Below are positions 50,140 to 60,824 of a stretch of 64,000 nucleotides of DNA, one piece after another (positions within the stretch are counted from its first letter, which is position 1; each line of letters starts with the position of its first letter). The notes below the pieces were generated by a model, which was not told the origin of the DNA, ran no database searches, and saw only the letters and a program-made list of their open reading frames with translations. A program made the translations under genes and the position numbers. This DNA is from Leptospiraceae bacterium (lineage in GTDB: Bacteria > Spirochaetota > Leptospiria > Leptospirales > Leptonemataceae). The DNA lies in NCBI GenBank assembly GCA_026005135.1, contig BPKM01000008.1, positions 20,250 to 84,249 on the forward strand. Reading direction: 5' to 3'.

Positions 50140-51735
50140 ATGAAAAATCAAATATATAAAATCATTATAGGAATATTAATATTATTCCTTATGGCATCAT
50201 GTGGAAAGAAAAAAAATCCACTATTATTTTTATTAGGTGGTATATCTAATACTTCTCAGACAACACCAGCAAAAGGGGACATTCCTTTAAGTTATGTAAA
50301 TGGACAAGAAGAACAACAGAATAATAATTCTGAACAAACTGATCCAGGAACATCTGATAATTCTCAAAATAATACTTCTAATACTGAAAATGAAGAGTTA
50401 ATAGGAACTGTAATTGTTGAAGATCAAACAAGTGAACAAGAGTTTAATTTTAATACTACAATTACCGTAGGATTTAGTATAAGCGTTGTTGATCTTTCTG
50501 GTCCTGTTAGTGGTGCAATAGTAAATATAACTGATCCTTCTATGGGTAATATTATTATTTTTCAGGGAATAACTAACGAAAATGGAATTGTTACTGGAAA
50601 TATCACTATTCCAACTGCTTTAGAAAATGTAGATATAAATGTAAAAATTGGTGAACATACCGCTGTTCAAACAGTACCAATTCAGAAAGAAGATGAATTT
50701 GTAATATTTATCAATAGACAAATTGTATTTAATCAAGAAGTAGAAGATTATATAAATCAAATACAGGATACAGATGGAGATGGAATTTCTGATGAATTAG
50801 ATTCTTATCCAGATGATCCAACAAGAGCAACAAGAACCATATTACCTAATTCTGGAATTTCTATTATTGCCTATGAAGATTTATTTCCTGATAAAGGCGA
50901 TGCTGACTTTAATGATATTGTAATGCAAGTTATAAACGAAGAAGATTTAAATGCACAGGGACAGGTAGTTCGCATCAGAGGAAAATATAAATTACTTGCA
51001 AAAGGTGCTGGTTATGCCCATGTAGTATTTTTAAATTTACCGGGCAAAGGTACTTTTAATGCTAAGGTTTATGATGAAAATAATCAACTTCAATCAGATG
51101 TTTCTATTCATTTAGATACATTAAATCAATTACCTATATTTATTAAAAATGATGGTTTCTTTAAAGATAGAAAGATTAATAACTCCAGTATATATTTTAC
51201 CAATCAATTATGCAGTGGAATGTGCAATGTCTATGCAAATAGACCTATTTCTAATAGTTATTCTGCAGAAATAGAAATCATCTTTGATGAACCAATTGAA
51301 AAAGCTCAATTATTAGCCGCTCCTTATGATCTCTATGTATATGTAAATAACACTAAAAAAGAAATTCATTTTCCTGGATTATATAAAGATTCTAATGGTA
51401 AAGATTTGTATATAGATTCGCAAGGATTTCCATGGGCAATTCAAATACCAATAGAATGGAATTGGCCATTAGAAAGAAATGACATACGAAATGCTTATCC
51501 TTATTTTGAAGAATGGTACAAATCTAATGGAAAAGAATATAAAGATTGGTATAAAAGATTTGATGAAAAAGCAAAAAGTCATCAATTTCAATATTTTAAT
51601 ATAAGCCCCCTATCAGCCTATTTCCTCCAATTTGGAAATGTTCATCAATCTCTCTTATGGACATTTTTAGCGATATTTACCTCCGGGATTTTAGTATTTC
51701 TCTTTATTAAGGGAAGAACGAAGTACGAAGTATAG
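50140..51735 (+). CDS. LruC-domain lipoprotein with a thrombospondin type-3-like Ca-binding repeat and a C-terminal hydrophobic helix.
   Basis: Lipobox LFLMASCGKK. DTDGDGISDELDSYPDDP. GDADFNDIVM is the LruC-domain hallmark. C-terminal LLWTFLAIFTSGILVFLFIKGRTKYEV. Confidence 0.75.
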   Translation: MKNQIYKIIIGILILFLMASCGKKKNPLLFLLGGISNTSQTTPAKGDIPLSYVNGQEEQQNNNSEQTDPGTSDNSQNNTSNTENEELIGTVIVEDQTSEQEFNFNTTITVGFSISVVDLSGPVSGAIVNITDPSMGNIIIFQGITNENGIVTGNITIPTALENVDINVKIGEHTAVQTVPIQKEDEFVIFINRQIVFNQEVEDYINQIQDTDGDGISDELDSYPDDPTRATRTILPNSGISIIAYEDLFPDKGDADFNDIVMQVINEEDLNAQGQVVRIRGKYKLLAKGAGYAHVVFLNLPGKGTFNAKVYDENNQLQSDVSIHLDTLNQLPIFIKNDGFFKDRKINNSSIYFTNQLCSGMCNVYANRPISNSYSAEIEIIFDEPIEKAQLLAAPYDLYVYVNNTKKEIHFPGLYKDSNGKDLYIDSQGFPWAIQIPIEWNWPLERNDIRNAYPYFEEWYKSNGKEYKDWYKRFDEKAKSHQFQYFNISPLSAYFLQFGNVHQSLLWTFLAIFTSGILVFLFIKGRTKYEV

Positions 51736-51762
51736 CCTTAATTAACTATAAGGGTTGCGTTT

Positions 51763-51790
51763 GCCAGGGCAATAGTCCTGGCTTTTTTTT
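51763..51790. terminator. Bidirectional rho-independent terminator between the LruC gene and argF.
   Basis: GCCAGG (51763-68) / CCTGGC (51777-82) with an 8-nt loop, then T8 (51783-90). Confidence 0.7.
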
Positions 51791-52694
51791 ATATCAAACC
51801 AAATATCCATTCTAAAATTGCTTTTTGTATATGGAGTCGATTTTCCGCTTGTTGAAAAATAATATGAGAAAATTGATCCATTACTTCGTCAGTAATTTCT
51901 TCGCCACGATGAGCAGGTAAACAATGCATTACAATCACATCATCTGGAGCATATTGTAATAAATCTTTATTTACAGAATAGGGCTGAAAAACTTTTTTTC
52001 TAATTTCTGCTTCTTTTTCCTGTCCCATAGATACCCATACATCTGTATAAATAACATTTGCATTTTTAACAGCCTCCTTAGGATTTTTATATATTTCTAT
52101 TTCTTTTTGATACTGTTTTATTATATTTTTTACAATGGGGTGAATATCAAATCCATCTGGACATGCAATGGCAATTTTAGTTTTTGTATAAATGCTTCCT
52201 AAAACAAGAGAATTGAATACATTATTAGGTTCTCCAATAAAAGCGATTTTAATTTTGTCTAAGGGCATTCCTAGATCATAAATAGTCATATAATCTGCTA
52301 AAGCCTGACAGGGATGATATAAATCGGATAATCCATTAATTACTGGTAGGACATTTAAATTTGCCATTGTTTCTAATTTTTTTTGACTATTTGTACGAAT
52401 CATTATACCATCTAAATAACGACTTAAAACATAAGTAGTATCTTCAATTGTTTCTCCTCTTCCTAATTGTAATTCATTTGCATGTAAAACAAGATAATGT
52501 CCTCCCAATTCCTGAATGGCAATACTAAATGAAATACGTGTTCGCGTAGATGCTTTTTCAAATAATAAAGCAATCGATTTATTTTTTAATGCTGTGGGAT
52601 TTAATAATCGATTATTTTTAAATTCAATACCTCTTTTTAAAAGAGTAAAAAATTCATCTTGTTTTAAATTCATTAAATGAAGTAAATGTCTCAT
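51789..52694 (-). CDS. argF: Ornithine carbamoyltransferase.
   Basis: STRTRISF, HPCQALAD, DVWVSMGQE, HCLPAHRGEE. Confidence 0.9.
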   Translation of the reverse strand: MRHLLHLMNLKQDEFFTLLKRGIEFKNNRLLNPTALKNKSIALLFEKASTRTRISFSIAIQELGGHYLVLHANELQLGRGETIEDTTYVLSRYLDGIMIRTNSQKKLETMANLNVLPVINGLSDLYHPCQALADYMTIYDLGMPLDKIKIAFIGEPNNVFNSLVLGSIYTKTKIAIACPDGFDIHPIVKNIIKQYQKEIEIYKNPKEAVKNANVIYTDVWVSMGQEKEAEIRKKVFQPYSVNKDLLQYAPDDVIVMHCLPAHRGEEITDEVMDQFSHIIFQQAENRLHIQKAILEWIFGLI

Positions 52695-52706
52695 AATATT
52701 ATCCCT

Positions 52707-53888
52707 TTATTTTATTAATTTATAAAGATCATCTGCTACAATTTTAGCTGGATTTTTATTTTCTGGAACTAAAGGAATTTCTTTTAATAGTTTTACAATT
52801 TTATTTCTATATGTGGAATCCTGCAAAATTTTTATTGCTTCATTATAAATATTATCTGGATGAACTTCATTTTGTAATAGTTCAATAGCAACTTGTTCTT
52901 TTGCTAATAAATTAGGTAAACCAATATAACGTGTTTTTATTAGTAATGATATAATAAAATAATTTAACCAACCAACTTTATAACAGATAATCATTGGTTT
53001 TTTAAAGAAAGCAGCTTCTAAAGTGGCTGTTCCTGAAGCGATAATTAATAAATCAGAACTTTGCATCACTCTTAAAGACATCGCAGGTAAAACTTTAAGA
53101 TTTAAGTCCTTATATAAGGATATTGTTTGATTGATATAATCAAATACTTTTCCTGAATCAGAAGGAGAAGGAATTAAAAAAATTGCATCTGGATATTGAC
53201 TCTGAATTTTTTTTGCTGCTTCTAACATAGGAATTAACAATTGACTAACTTCGGAATATCGACTACCGGGTAATATACCAATAACAGGCTTATGTTTTAA
53301 CTGTAATATTGGTTGTTTTCGTAATTCTTTTGGTATTCGAAATTTTATAGGATGACCAACCCATTTTACAGGTACATTTTCTTTTTCGTATATTTCTTTT
53401 TCGAATTCAAATAATACATACATTTTATCTACTACTTTTTTAATCAGTTTGATTCTTTTATAATTCCATGCCCATATCTGAGGGCTTACAAAATAAAAAA
53501 TTTTGATTTGAGAATTTATTTTTTTTAATTCTTTTGCTAATCGTAAATTAAAACCGGGATAATCAACCAATAAAACATATTGAATATTTTCTTCTTTAAT
53601 AATAGAAAGAATTTTTTTTAGTAATTTCTTTAAAAATGAATATGCTTTTAACGCTTCTATAATACCAATAACTTCCATATTTTGTATATGTTCAATTATC
53701 CTCATTCCTTCTTTTTCTAATAATTCTCCTCCTGTACCTATAAATTCATAAGAATCTAATTTTTTTAACTCTCTTACAACATCAACTGCTAACAATTCCC
53801 CTGATTTTTCCCCTGTTATGATTAATAGTTTTTTAATTTTCTTTTTTGCTTTCTTGCTTTTTTTTATTGTTTTTTTTGATTTCTTCAT
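52707..53888 (-). CDS. lpxB: Lipid-A-disaccharide synthase.
   Basis: GEKSGELLA, DYPGFNLRLAK, YFVSPQIWAW, ILPGSR, SGTATLE. Confidence 0.85.
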   Translation of the reverse strand: MKKSKKTIKKSKKAKKKIKKLLIITGEKSGELLAVDVVRELKKLDSYEFIGTGGELLEKEGMRIIEHIQNMEVIGIIEALKAYSFLKKLLKKILSIIKEENIQYVLLVDYPGFNLRLAKELKKINSQIKIFYFVSPQIWAWNYKRIKLIKKVVDKMYVLFEFEKEIYEKENVPVKWVGHPIKFRIPKELRKQPILQLKHKPVIGILPGSRYSEVSQLLIPMLEAAKKIQSQYPDAIFLIPSPSDSGKVFDYINQTISLYKDLNLKVLPAMSLRVMQSSDLLIIASGTATLEAAFFKKPMIICYKVGWLNYFIISLLIKTRYIGLPNLLAKEQVAIELLQNEVHPDNIYNEAIKILQDSTYRNKIVKLLKEIPLVPENKNPAKIVADDLYKLIK

Positions 53889-54766
53889 AAAATAGATAGC
53901 CAGCTTCCATTAATTTTTTTTATTTTATTTTTATCTGTTAGATTATCTTTAATACTTATTATAGTAATACCATAATCCTTAGCTTTTTTTAAGAATTTTT
54001 CTTTATTAACAACAATTGTTCCTTTTGTTTCTATTGCTAAAACTTTACAATTGGATTCTTTCATACTTTCTAAGGTAGTAATACCTATAACTGGAATGTC
54101 AAATCTTGGATCGTGATCTCTTTTAGCTACTTTACAAACAATAGCACCACCTTTTTTAAATAATTTTCCCCCTCGTCGAATACATTCATCTGTACCTTCT
54201 GCACATTCAACAGCCCATACAATTTTGTCCCCCACAATAACACATTGACCTATATCTAATCGATTAACTTCCATTGCATAATACATTCCAAAAGCAATAT
54301 CTTCTATCTGACTGCTGGATAATCTTTTACCATATCGTCCTTCTTCTAAAAAACAGTTTTTTAAATATTGTGTTTGTGGTAAAACTTCAATACCATACTT
54401 TTGCAAAACATCATTTAAATAAAGAAAAACGGTATAATCATTCTTATTATGCATTCTGGCAAGTAATAATAATGTTCGTAAATCGAATTTAGGATTTTCA
54501 TAAATAATATTTTTTGGTATTTTACCAAGTGAAACAATACGCTTAATCTGAAACTTCTTTAAACTTTTGATAACAGAACTATAAAATTTTGTTAAAACTA
54601 CTTTATGACAACGACTTTTAAATTCTTCTGGTGGATCATCATCTGTTAATAAAAATACAACAGGATCTTCGCCCATTTCTATTGCATTTTTAACAGCAAT
54701 CCAGGGTAATTCGCCTTTACCAGCCAGAATACCTAATTTTTCACCATCCATATTTGATAGGTTCAA
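53885..54766 (-). CDS. lpxI: LpxI-like UDP-2,3-diacylglucosamine hydrolase (DUF1009).
   Basis: LGILAGKGELP, DIGQCVIV, VECAEGTDECIRRGG, DPRFDIPVIG. Overlaps lpxB by 4 nt. Confidence 0.75.
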   Translation of the reverse strand: MNLSNMDGEKLGILAGKGELPWIAVKNAIEMGEDPVVFLLTDDDPPEEFKSRCHKVVLTKFYSSVIKSLKKFQIKRIVSLGKIPKNIIYENPKFDLRTLLLLARMHNKNDYTVFLYLNDVLQKYGIEVLPQTQYLKNCFLEEGRYGKRLSSSQIEDIAFGMYYAMEVNRLDIGQCVIVGDKIVWAVECAEGTDECIRRGGKLFKKGGAIVCKVAKRDHDPRFDIPVIGITTLESMKESNCKVLAIETKGTIVVNKEKFLKKAKDYGITIISIKDNLTDKNKIKKINGSWLSIL

Positions 54767-55046
54767 AATCTTATATAAAAAAAATAAATCAAACGAAATT
54801 TATATTTTACTTTCTTTTTTATACATTATTGCTAAATAATAAACTATTTATAATCTATAATAAAACAATTTATTTAATATAAAAACAGTTTCAAAATAAC
54901 AAACATGTGTTTATATTTTTATTTGCAAGATATTTTTTAAAATTAAGAAAAAGATTTATTTTGAAAATAGAAAATGCTTCTTTTTAATATAAAGTTCTAT
55001 AAAAGAAATTGCATAAATATTATAGTTTATATTTTTTTATTTAGTA

Positions 55047-56147
55047 ATGAGATTATTTTATTTTATTATTATATTATTAATGTTTTATACAAACTCTATA
55101 TTTAGTTTTATAAATTATAGTTATACTTCTAATCTATTAACGATTAGAACACCATTATTACCTATCTTAGAAAATGAACACAATTTTGAACGTATCTCTT
55201 TTTCTGTTAAAAATATTTGGTCTTTACAATACGAAAAATTTATTATTGATGGAGAAGAATGGGAAATTTCTTATACAAAGCAATTAAAATTTAGCAATCA
55301 TTTCTATGCTGGGGGTAATATCGCTTATAAATTACAAACAGGTGGTATTTTAGATCCCCTTATTGAATCTTTTCATCGTTTTACAGGTGTAACCCAGCAA
55401 TATAGAGAAGATTATTCTAAAAATAAAATTTTTATTAGTTATGAACCTTATGGAGAATTATATCAATTTTTTGACTATACACCTTACACAAAAGAGCTCA
55501 GAAGAAAATTGCGATCTTATCCAAGAAATGGAGAACAACCACCATTATTTATACCATTACCAATTATAACTACGAAAAAAACGAATTATTTTATATGGAA
55601 TCAAATGATTTTACCACTAGAAGTTATTCCTGTACAAAATGATAATTATGATAGTTTTGATAATCCTAAAATCTACTTTCTATATGAAATATTCGAAAAT
55701 TATTTCCAAAAATTATATATGGGTATTTATACAAAAATTCCTGTTATAAATAAAACGAATTATTTTTATTCTTCTGGATTTGATACAAGTTGGTTTTTCT
55801 CTGGAAGTTTTTATTTTAAAAAAAATATCGAGTTTCTTTATGGTATTTCTTATACTTATTATGAATTAAAAAAATGGCAATGGATTCAAATGCCTGATCA
55901 TCAATGGAGTGTTCGTCTTCAAAGTAATTATTATTATAGAAAACAAATATTCTTTTTAGAATATCTATTTATAAGTAAACCAATTCTTAATTTAGGAAGA
56001 CTATCAGAAGATAGTCACTTTATTTCTTTTGGTTTAATAACATTTTATAATAATAAAAAATTCACTTTTTCTCTTATAGAAAATGTTTATTTCTATGCAA
56101 GTAGTCCGGACATAGGTTTTTATTTTTCTGTTCAATGGTATAAATAA
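55047..56147 (+). CDS. Hypothetical exported protein, possibly an outer-membrane beta-barrel.
   Basis: Signal-like N-terminus. The sequence is aromatic-rich with an alternating pattern and ends in SVQWYK. Confidence 0.5.
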   Translation: MRLFYFIIILLMFYTNSIFSFINYSYTSNLLTIRTPLLPILENEHNFERISFSVKNIWSLQYEKFIIDGEEWEISYTKQLKFSNHFYAGGNIAYKLQTGGILDPLIESFHRFTGVTQQYREDYSKNKIFISYEPYGELYQFFDYTPYTKELRRKLRSYPRNGEQPPLFIPLPIITTKKTNYFIWNQMILPLEVIPVQNDNYDSFDNPKIYFLYEIFENYFQKLYMGIYTKIPVINKTNYFYSSGFDTSWFFSGSFYFKKNIEFLYGISYTYYELKKWQWIQMPDHQWSVRLQSNYYYRKQIFFLEYLFISKPILNLGRLSEDSHFISFGLITFYNNKKFTFSLIENVYFYASSPDIGFYFSVQWYK

Positions 56148-56165
56148 AAATTTTTTGTTTTTTCA

Positions 56166-56705
56166 ATGGGAAAAATTATTTTAATTTCTGGTGGTATAAG
56201 AAGTGGAAAAACAAAATTTGCTTTAAATTATTATAAAAATTTAAACAATCAATTACCAAGTTATTATATTGCAACAAGTCCTATTTTAGATAATGAATTA
56301 AAAGAACGAATTCAAAGACACAAAATAGAAAGAAAGTTATTTTATCCATATCTACAAACAATCGAAGAAGAAATACAATTAGAAAAAATTATAAACCAAT
56401 ATTTAAATAGTAATTTCATTATAGATTCTATTACTATATGGATTAATAATTTATTATATTATAATCCAGAAATAGAATATCAAGAAATAAAACATCAACT
56501 AAAAAATATAATGGACGTATGTAAAAAAAATAGTGGTTATACCATATTTATTATTGATGAAGTGGGCTTTTGTCTTGTTTCTGAAAATCCTATTGCAAGA
56601 AAATTCCAGGATTGGATGGGATGGACATCTCAATTCATTGCAGAACATTCTAATGAAGTTTATTTATGTTATGCAGGGATTCCACTTAATTTAAAAAAAT
56701 CTTAA
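56166..56705 (+). CDS. cobU: Adenosylcobinamide kinase / adenosylcobinamide-phosphate guanylyltransferase.
   Basis: ILISGGIRSGKTKFA (P-loop), ATSPILDNELKERIQRHK, IIDEVG. Confidence 0.8.
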   Translation: MGKIILISGGIRSGKTKFALNYYKNLNNQLPSYYIATSPILDNELKERIQRHKIERKLFYPYLQTIEEEIQLEKIINQYLNSNFIIDSITIWINNLLYYNPEIEYQEIKHQLKNIMDVCKKNSGYTIFIIDEVGFCLVSENPIARKFQDWMGWTSQFIAEHSNEVYLCYAGIPLNLKKS

Positions 56706-56706
56706 T

Positions 56707-57639
56707 ATGTTAGAACTCTATCTGGCATTTCTTCTTGATCTTTTTTTAGGACAACCATCAAATAAATTTCATCTTGTAGCTTGGCTGGGTAAAGGATTAT
56801 CTATTTTAGAAAAAACATTAAGAAATTTCTTTAATAACGATATCCTAAGTAGTATTATATTATTTATATTTTTACATATTTTATATATTTTAATTTTTAT
56901 GCTTTGTATATATTTTAATGATATTATTATCAATATTATATTGATTTACTTTTCGTTTTCTTTTCGTGGTATGATAGAACATACCTATCCTATTTATATT
57001 TCCTTAAAAAATCATAATTTTGATAAAGCGAAATATTTTACTCAATTTATTGTTAGTAGAATAATTAAAGATAATGATGATAAAACTATTATACGTTCAT
57101 CGATTGAAAGTATTGCAGAAAATTATGTTGATACTTTTATTTCTCCTTTATTTTATTTTTTAATTGGTTATCTGATTCATCCTTCTTATGGAGGATTTTT
57201 TGCCTTTTATTATCGTATTTTCAATACCTGTGATGCCATGTTTGGATATAAAAATCAAAAGTATCTTAAATTTGGATTTATATTTGCCAGATTTGATGAT
57301 TTATTAAATTTTATTCCAGCTCGAATTTCTATATCGTTTATTTTTATTGCTTCATTTCTGCTAAAATATAACTATAAAAATTGTTTTTATATTTGGCTTA
57401 GAGATCATAAAAAACATCCAAGTCCTAATGGAGGTAATCCAGAATCAGCATTTGCAGGTTCCTTAGAAATTCAATTAGGTGGAATAAATTATTATTTTAA
57501 TAAAAAGGAATTTCGTCCTTTTTTAGGTGATAAAATAAAACAATTACATTATATTCATATACTTAAAGCTATTCAGTTATTTATAGTTAGTTCTTTTTTA
57601 TTTTTTTATTTTATAACAGGTATTATTTACATTGTCTAA
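56707..57639 (+). CDS. cbiB: Adenosylcobinamide-phosphate synthase CbiB/CobD.
   Basis: Membrane protein with HPSPNGGNPESAFAGSLEIQLGG. Confidence 0.8.
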   Translation: MLELYLAFLLDLFLGQPSNKFHLVAWLGKGLSILEKTLRNFFNNDILSSIILFIFLHILYILIFMLCIYFNDIIINIILIYFSFSFRGMIEHTYPIYISLKNHNFDKAKYFTQFIVSRIIKDNDDKTIIRSSIESIAENYVDTFISPLFYFLIGYLIHPSYGGFFAFYYRIFNTCDAMFGYKNQKYLKFGFIFARFDDLLNFIPARISISFIFIASFLLKYNYKNCFYIWLRDHKKHPSPNGGNPESAFAGSLEIQLGGINYYFNKKEFRPFLGDKIKQLHYIHILKAIQLFIVSSFLFFYFITGIIYIV

Positions 57640-57907
57640 AAACATAAGAATGTTCTTTTTTTGATATATATTCTTTTTCCATTTCAAAGCATTCTTTCTT
57701 TATTTGCTCCTGCTTATTTTTTTCTATATAATAATACTTTTTAATTTTTTCTTTATCTCTTTCTCGATTTATATATTCATTATAATCATTTTTATTACTT
57801 GTATTGGGATTAAGAAAAGTTAAATCAGATAGACATCTAACACCTAACATTACAATAATCAAAAAAAATAATATTCTAAATTTTTTTGTTATATTACTAA
57901 CTAACAT
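57623..57907 (-). CDS. Small hypothetical exported protein.
   Basis: 94 aa. Signal-like FRILFFLIIVMLGVRC. Confidence 0.35.
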   Translation of the reverse strand: MLVSNITKKFRILFFLIIVMLGVRCLSDLTFLNPNTSNKNDYNEYINRERDKEKIKKYYYIEKNKQEQIKKECFEMEKEYISKKEHSYVFRQCK

Positions 57908-58065
57908 AATTAATGTTATTTAATAATTAACAATAAAATCAATTTTTTTAATATGGCAATTTATATTTTTGTTATAAATATAACTGAATATCATTTATTT
58001 ATTATATGTATTTTATAAATTATTTTTATTGTAAAATCTGGAAGCAAATTTAAATTGTATTCTAT

Positions 58066-60795
58066 ATGAAATATTTAAAATTTCCATTTCAAGTTATTAA
58101 AAATACTTTTTTAAATAGCTCAATTCAAAGCCGAATTATTTTGTTTTTTTTAACTTTTATATTTCTTTTTTCTATAGCAGTAATTGAATATATACATTTT
58201 TATTTTAAAAAAAAACTTATAGAAAAATTAGAAAATGATCTTCAAAATTTGGTAGAAATTTCGTATAATTCAGTTATTGAAACTTTTTCACAAATGGATC
58301 AAGGAATTATAAGTTATGAAAAAGCAATAGAAATTTTAAAAAAGCGATTTAATGGTCCAATTGAGTCCCTTCAAATTATTCTAAATAAGGATATTAATAA
58401 TTCTTTAATACAATTTTTTAATATCTTAGATATCAAAATTAATACTACGGATATTTCGATTATTAAAGAAGATAATAAAATAAAGGCTATTCTTATTGAA
58501 TCCTTAGGCAATCAAAATATCTTTATTTTCAATTATAATAGAGATCAAATATTATTACAATTTCCTACTAATTTAGCAGAAATTATTTACTACAAATTTA
58601 TTAACTCTACTTCAAAAACCCAAGAGGAAATCATAAATAAATACAAAATACGTTTTATTAGAAATATAAATAAAGCATCAATAAAAATTGGTAAAGATGG
58701 ATATGTATATATTATACAATCTTATAATCCAGAATGGCTATTACCTAATACAAAATTCCCAGATGATTATACCTTAGAGAAAATAAGAGAAAGATTTTCC
58801 AATCATTTTAAAGGACATTTTAATTCTAATGAAGATTATAAAAATTATTTAAATACTTTTGGTAAAACACCAGAAGAGCAATATCAGTACATTAATAATT
58901 ATATGCATAGTAAAAAGAAAAATCCAGATCCAGCTATTGCAATTGTTCATCCATATTTCGAATTTGTTAATCTTGATAATGTTAATTATAAAAACATTTA
59001 TCCAGTAAGACATATTGTTATTCAAAAAAATGGATTTTATCGATATCCCTGGAAAAATCCTGTTGATAATAAAATTCGAACAAAGGTAGCTTATCTTAAA
59101 CACTTTGAATATCATAATTATAATCAAAATTTGCATATCAACTGGGTTATAGGTATAGGAGCTTACGAAGATGAAAGTTATTTTATCGTAAATCAAATCA
59201 GAAAAAACTTATACATAATATTTTTTATATTTATATTTTTTGTTATTTTTCTTTATTATTATTTTATTCGATTAAACCTTATTAAACCACTTAATGAAGT
59301 TATAGAAGGAATGAAAAAAGTCAATGAAGGAAATTATAAAATAAGATTAAAAGTTTATTGGAAAGATGAAATAGCATACATTGCATCAACTTTTAATTTT
59401 ATGGTTCGTTCTATACGCAAAAAGAATAAAGAATTAGAAAATTATGCAAATAACTTAAAAGAAATGGTAGAAAATCAAACAAAACAATTAAAAGAAACAA
59501 TTTTGGAGATCAATCAACTAAAAGAAATTCAAGATGGTGATTATTATCTTACTTCGCTACTTCTAAAACAATTAGGACAAAATTTAGTTCATAGTGAAAA
59601 TGTAAAAATTGAATTTTTTGTAAAACAAATAAAAGAATTCGAATTTAGAAATAAAAGAGGAGAAATTGGTGGAGATATTTGTATTGCTAGAACAATTTTT
59701 TTAAGAGAACATCCCTATATATTCTTTCTGAATGCTGATGCAATGGGAAAGTCAATGCAGGGAGCAGCAGGAAGTTTAATATTAGGTTCTGTTATGGAAT
59801 CTATTTTGGAAAGAACCATTCAGGCATTTATTTTTAAAAATTATTCCCCAGAACGATGGTTAAAAAATTCCTTTATGGAATTAAAGCATATATTTGAATC
59901 TTTTCATGGTTCTATGGGAGCTACCATGGTAATGGGTTTAATAGATGAAAATACTGGAACAATGTATTATATAAATGCAGAACATCCACCTGGCATATTA
60001 TACAGGAATCAAAATGCATTATTTTTTCATCCAGATTTTCATTTTCAAAGACTTGGTATTACAGAGGAATCAGAAAATAAAGAAATAATATATATTCAAA
60101 CATTTTCTCTATTAAATGACGATATTATTATTTTTGGATCTGATGGTAAAGATGATATTAAACTTAAAAATGGTAATATAAATCATGATGAATATTTAAT
60201 ATTAAATATTATAGAAGAATGTGAAGCAGACTTAGAAAAAATATATCGAAAAATGATAGAAATAGGTGAACTTACAGATGATTTATCTTTACTTAAAATT
60301 CACTTTAATTCTAAAAAAGTTCATAAAATTAACAAACATGATAAACTTTATTTTCTAAAATTAAAAAAAGAATTTAAATTAAATCCAGAAAAACATATAA
60401 ATGATTTAATAAATTTTTATAAAAATAATCCAAATTTTACACCATGTTTAAAATTAATTATACAATATTATGCATCAAGAAAAGAATTTACTTTATTATA
60501 TAATTATGCTATTAACTATTTTGAATTAAAACCTGCAGATAATACGGTTTTATATTTAATTTTTTATTCATTATATCAAAATAAACATTTTGATAAAGCA
60601 ATTGAATTTGGAGAAAGATATTATCTAAGAAATCCTACTAATGTAAATTTATTAGTTCAATTGGCAGAATGCTATTTTAAAATAAATCAATTCGCTCGTT
60701 CTGAATATCTTATTGAAAAAGCACTAAATCTTGAACCAGAAAACGAAAAAATTAAAAGATTTATTAAAAAATTAAAACAAAGCGATCGAAATTAA
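58066..60795 (+). CDS. Membrane sensor phosphatase: periplasmic sensor domain, HAMP, PP2C/SpoIIE, C-terminal TPR (RsbU-like).
   Basis: Two TM helices flank a ~330-aa loop. HAMP region is LIKPLNEVIEGMKKVNEGNY...DEIAYIASTFNFM. PP2C motifs are GGDICIA, LNADAMGKSMQGA, FGSDG. Confidence 0.8.
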   Translation: MKYLKFPFQVIKNTFLNSSIQSRIILFFLTFIFLFSIAVIEYIHFYFKKKLIEKLENDLQNLVEISYNSVIETFSQMDQGIISYEKAIEILKKRFNGPIESLQIILNKDINNSLIQFFNILDIKINTTDISIIKEDNKIKAILIESLGNQNIFIFNYNRDQILLQFPTNLAEIIYYKFINSTSKTQEEIINKYKIRFIRNINKASIKIGKDGYVYIIQSYNPEWLLPNTKFPDDYTLEKIRERFSNHFKGHFNSNEDYKNYLNTFGKTPEEQYQYINNYMHSKKKNPDPAIAIVHPYFEFVNLDNVNYKNIYPVRHIVIQKNGFYRYPWKNPVDNKIRTKVAYLKHFEYHNYNQNLHINWVIGIGAYEDESYFIVNQIRKNLYIIFFIFIFFVIFLYYYFIRLNLIKPLNEVIEGMKKVNEGNYKIRLKVYWKDEIAYIASTFNFMVRSIRKKNKELENYANNLKEMVENQTKQLKETILEINQLKEIQDGDYYLTSLLLKQLGQNLVHSENVKIEFFVKQIKEFEFRNKRGEIGGDICIARTIFLREHPYIFFLNADAMGKSMQGAAGSLILGSVMESILERTIQAFIFKNYSPERWLKNSFMELKHIFESFHGSMGATMVMGLIDENTGTMYYINAEHPPGILYRNQNALFFHPDFHFQRLGITEESENKEIIYIQTFSLLNDDIIIFGSDGKDDIKLKNGNINHDEYLILNIIEECEADLEKIYRKMIEIGELTDDLSLLKIHFNSKKVHKINKHDKLYFLKLKKEFKLNPEKHINDLINFYKNNPNFTPCLKLIIQYYASRKEFTLLYNYAINYFELKPADNTVLYLIFYSLYQNKHFDKAIEFGERYYLRNPTNVNLLVQLAECYFKINQFARSEYLIEKALNLEPENEKIKRFIKKLKQSDRN

Positions 60796-60810
60796 AAAAT
60801 ATTCGATCGC
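60782..60810. terminator. 9-bp perfect hairpin between convergent genes.
   Basis: GCGATCGAA (60782-90) / TTCGATCGC (60802-10). The stop of the + gene lies in the loop. The tail is T-rich only in the minus orientation. Confidence 0.45.
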
Positions 60811-60824
60811 CTGCTCATCTTCGT

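Noticed and set aside
54767-56165. A cobalamin riboswitch upstream of the cobU/cbiB genes or of the preceding exported-protein gene.
   Set aside because: The 280-bp leader is almost pure A/T. It lacks anything resembling the GC-rich B12 box or paired stems. The gap before cobU is only 18 nt.
22736-60810. A shared AGCGATC arm in the hairpins at 22736-22765 and 60782-60810, as a possible REP-like repeat family.
   Set aside because: There are only two instances, and they share about 7-9 nt. The loops and flanks differ. That is not enough to call a repeat family without a genome-wide count.
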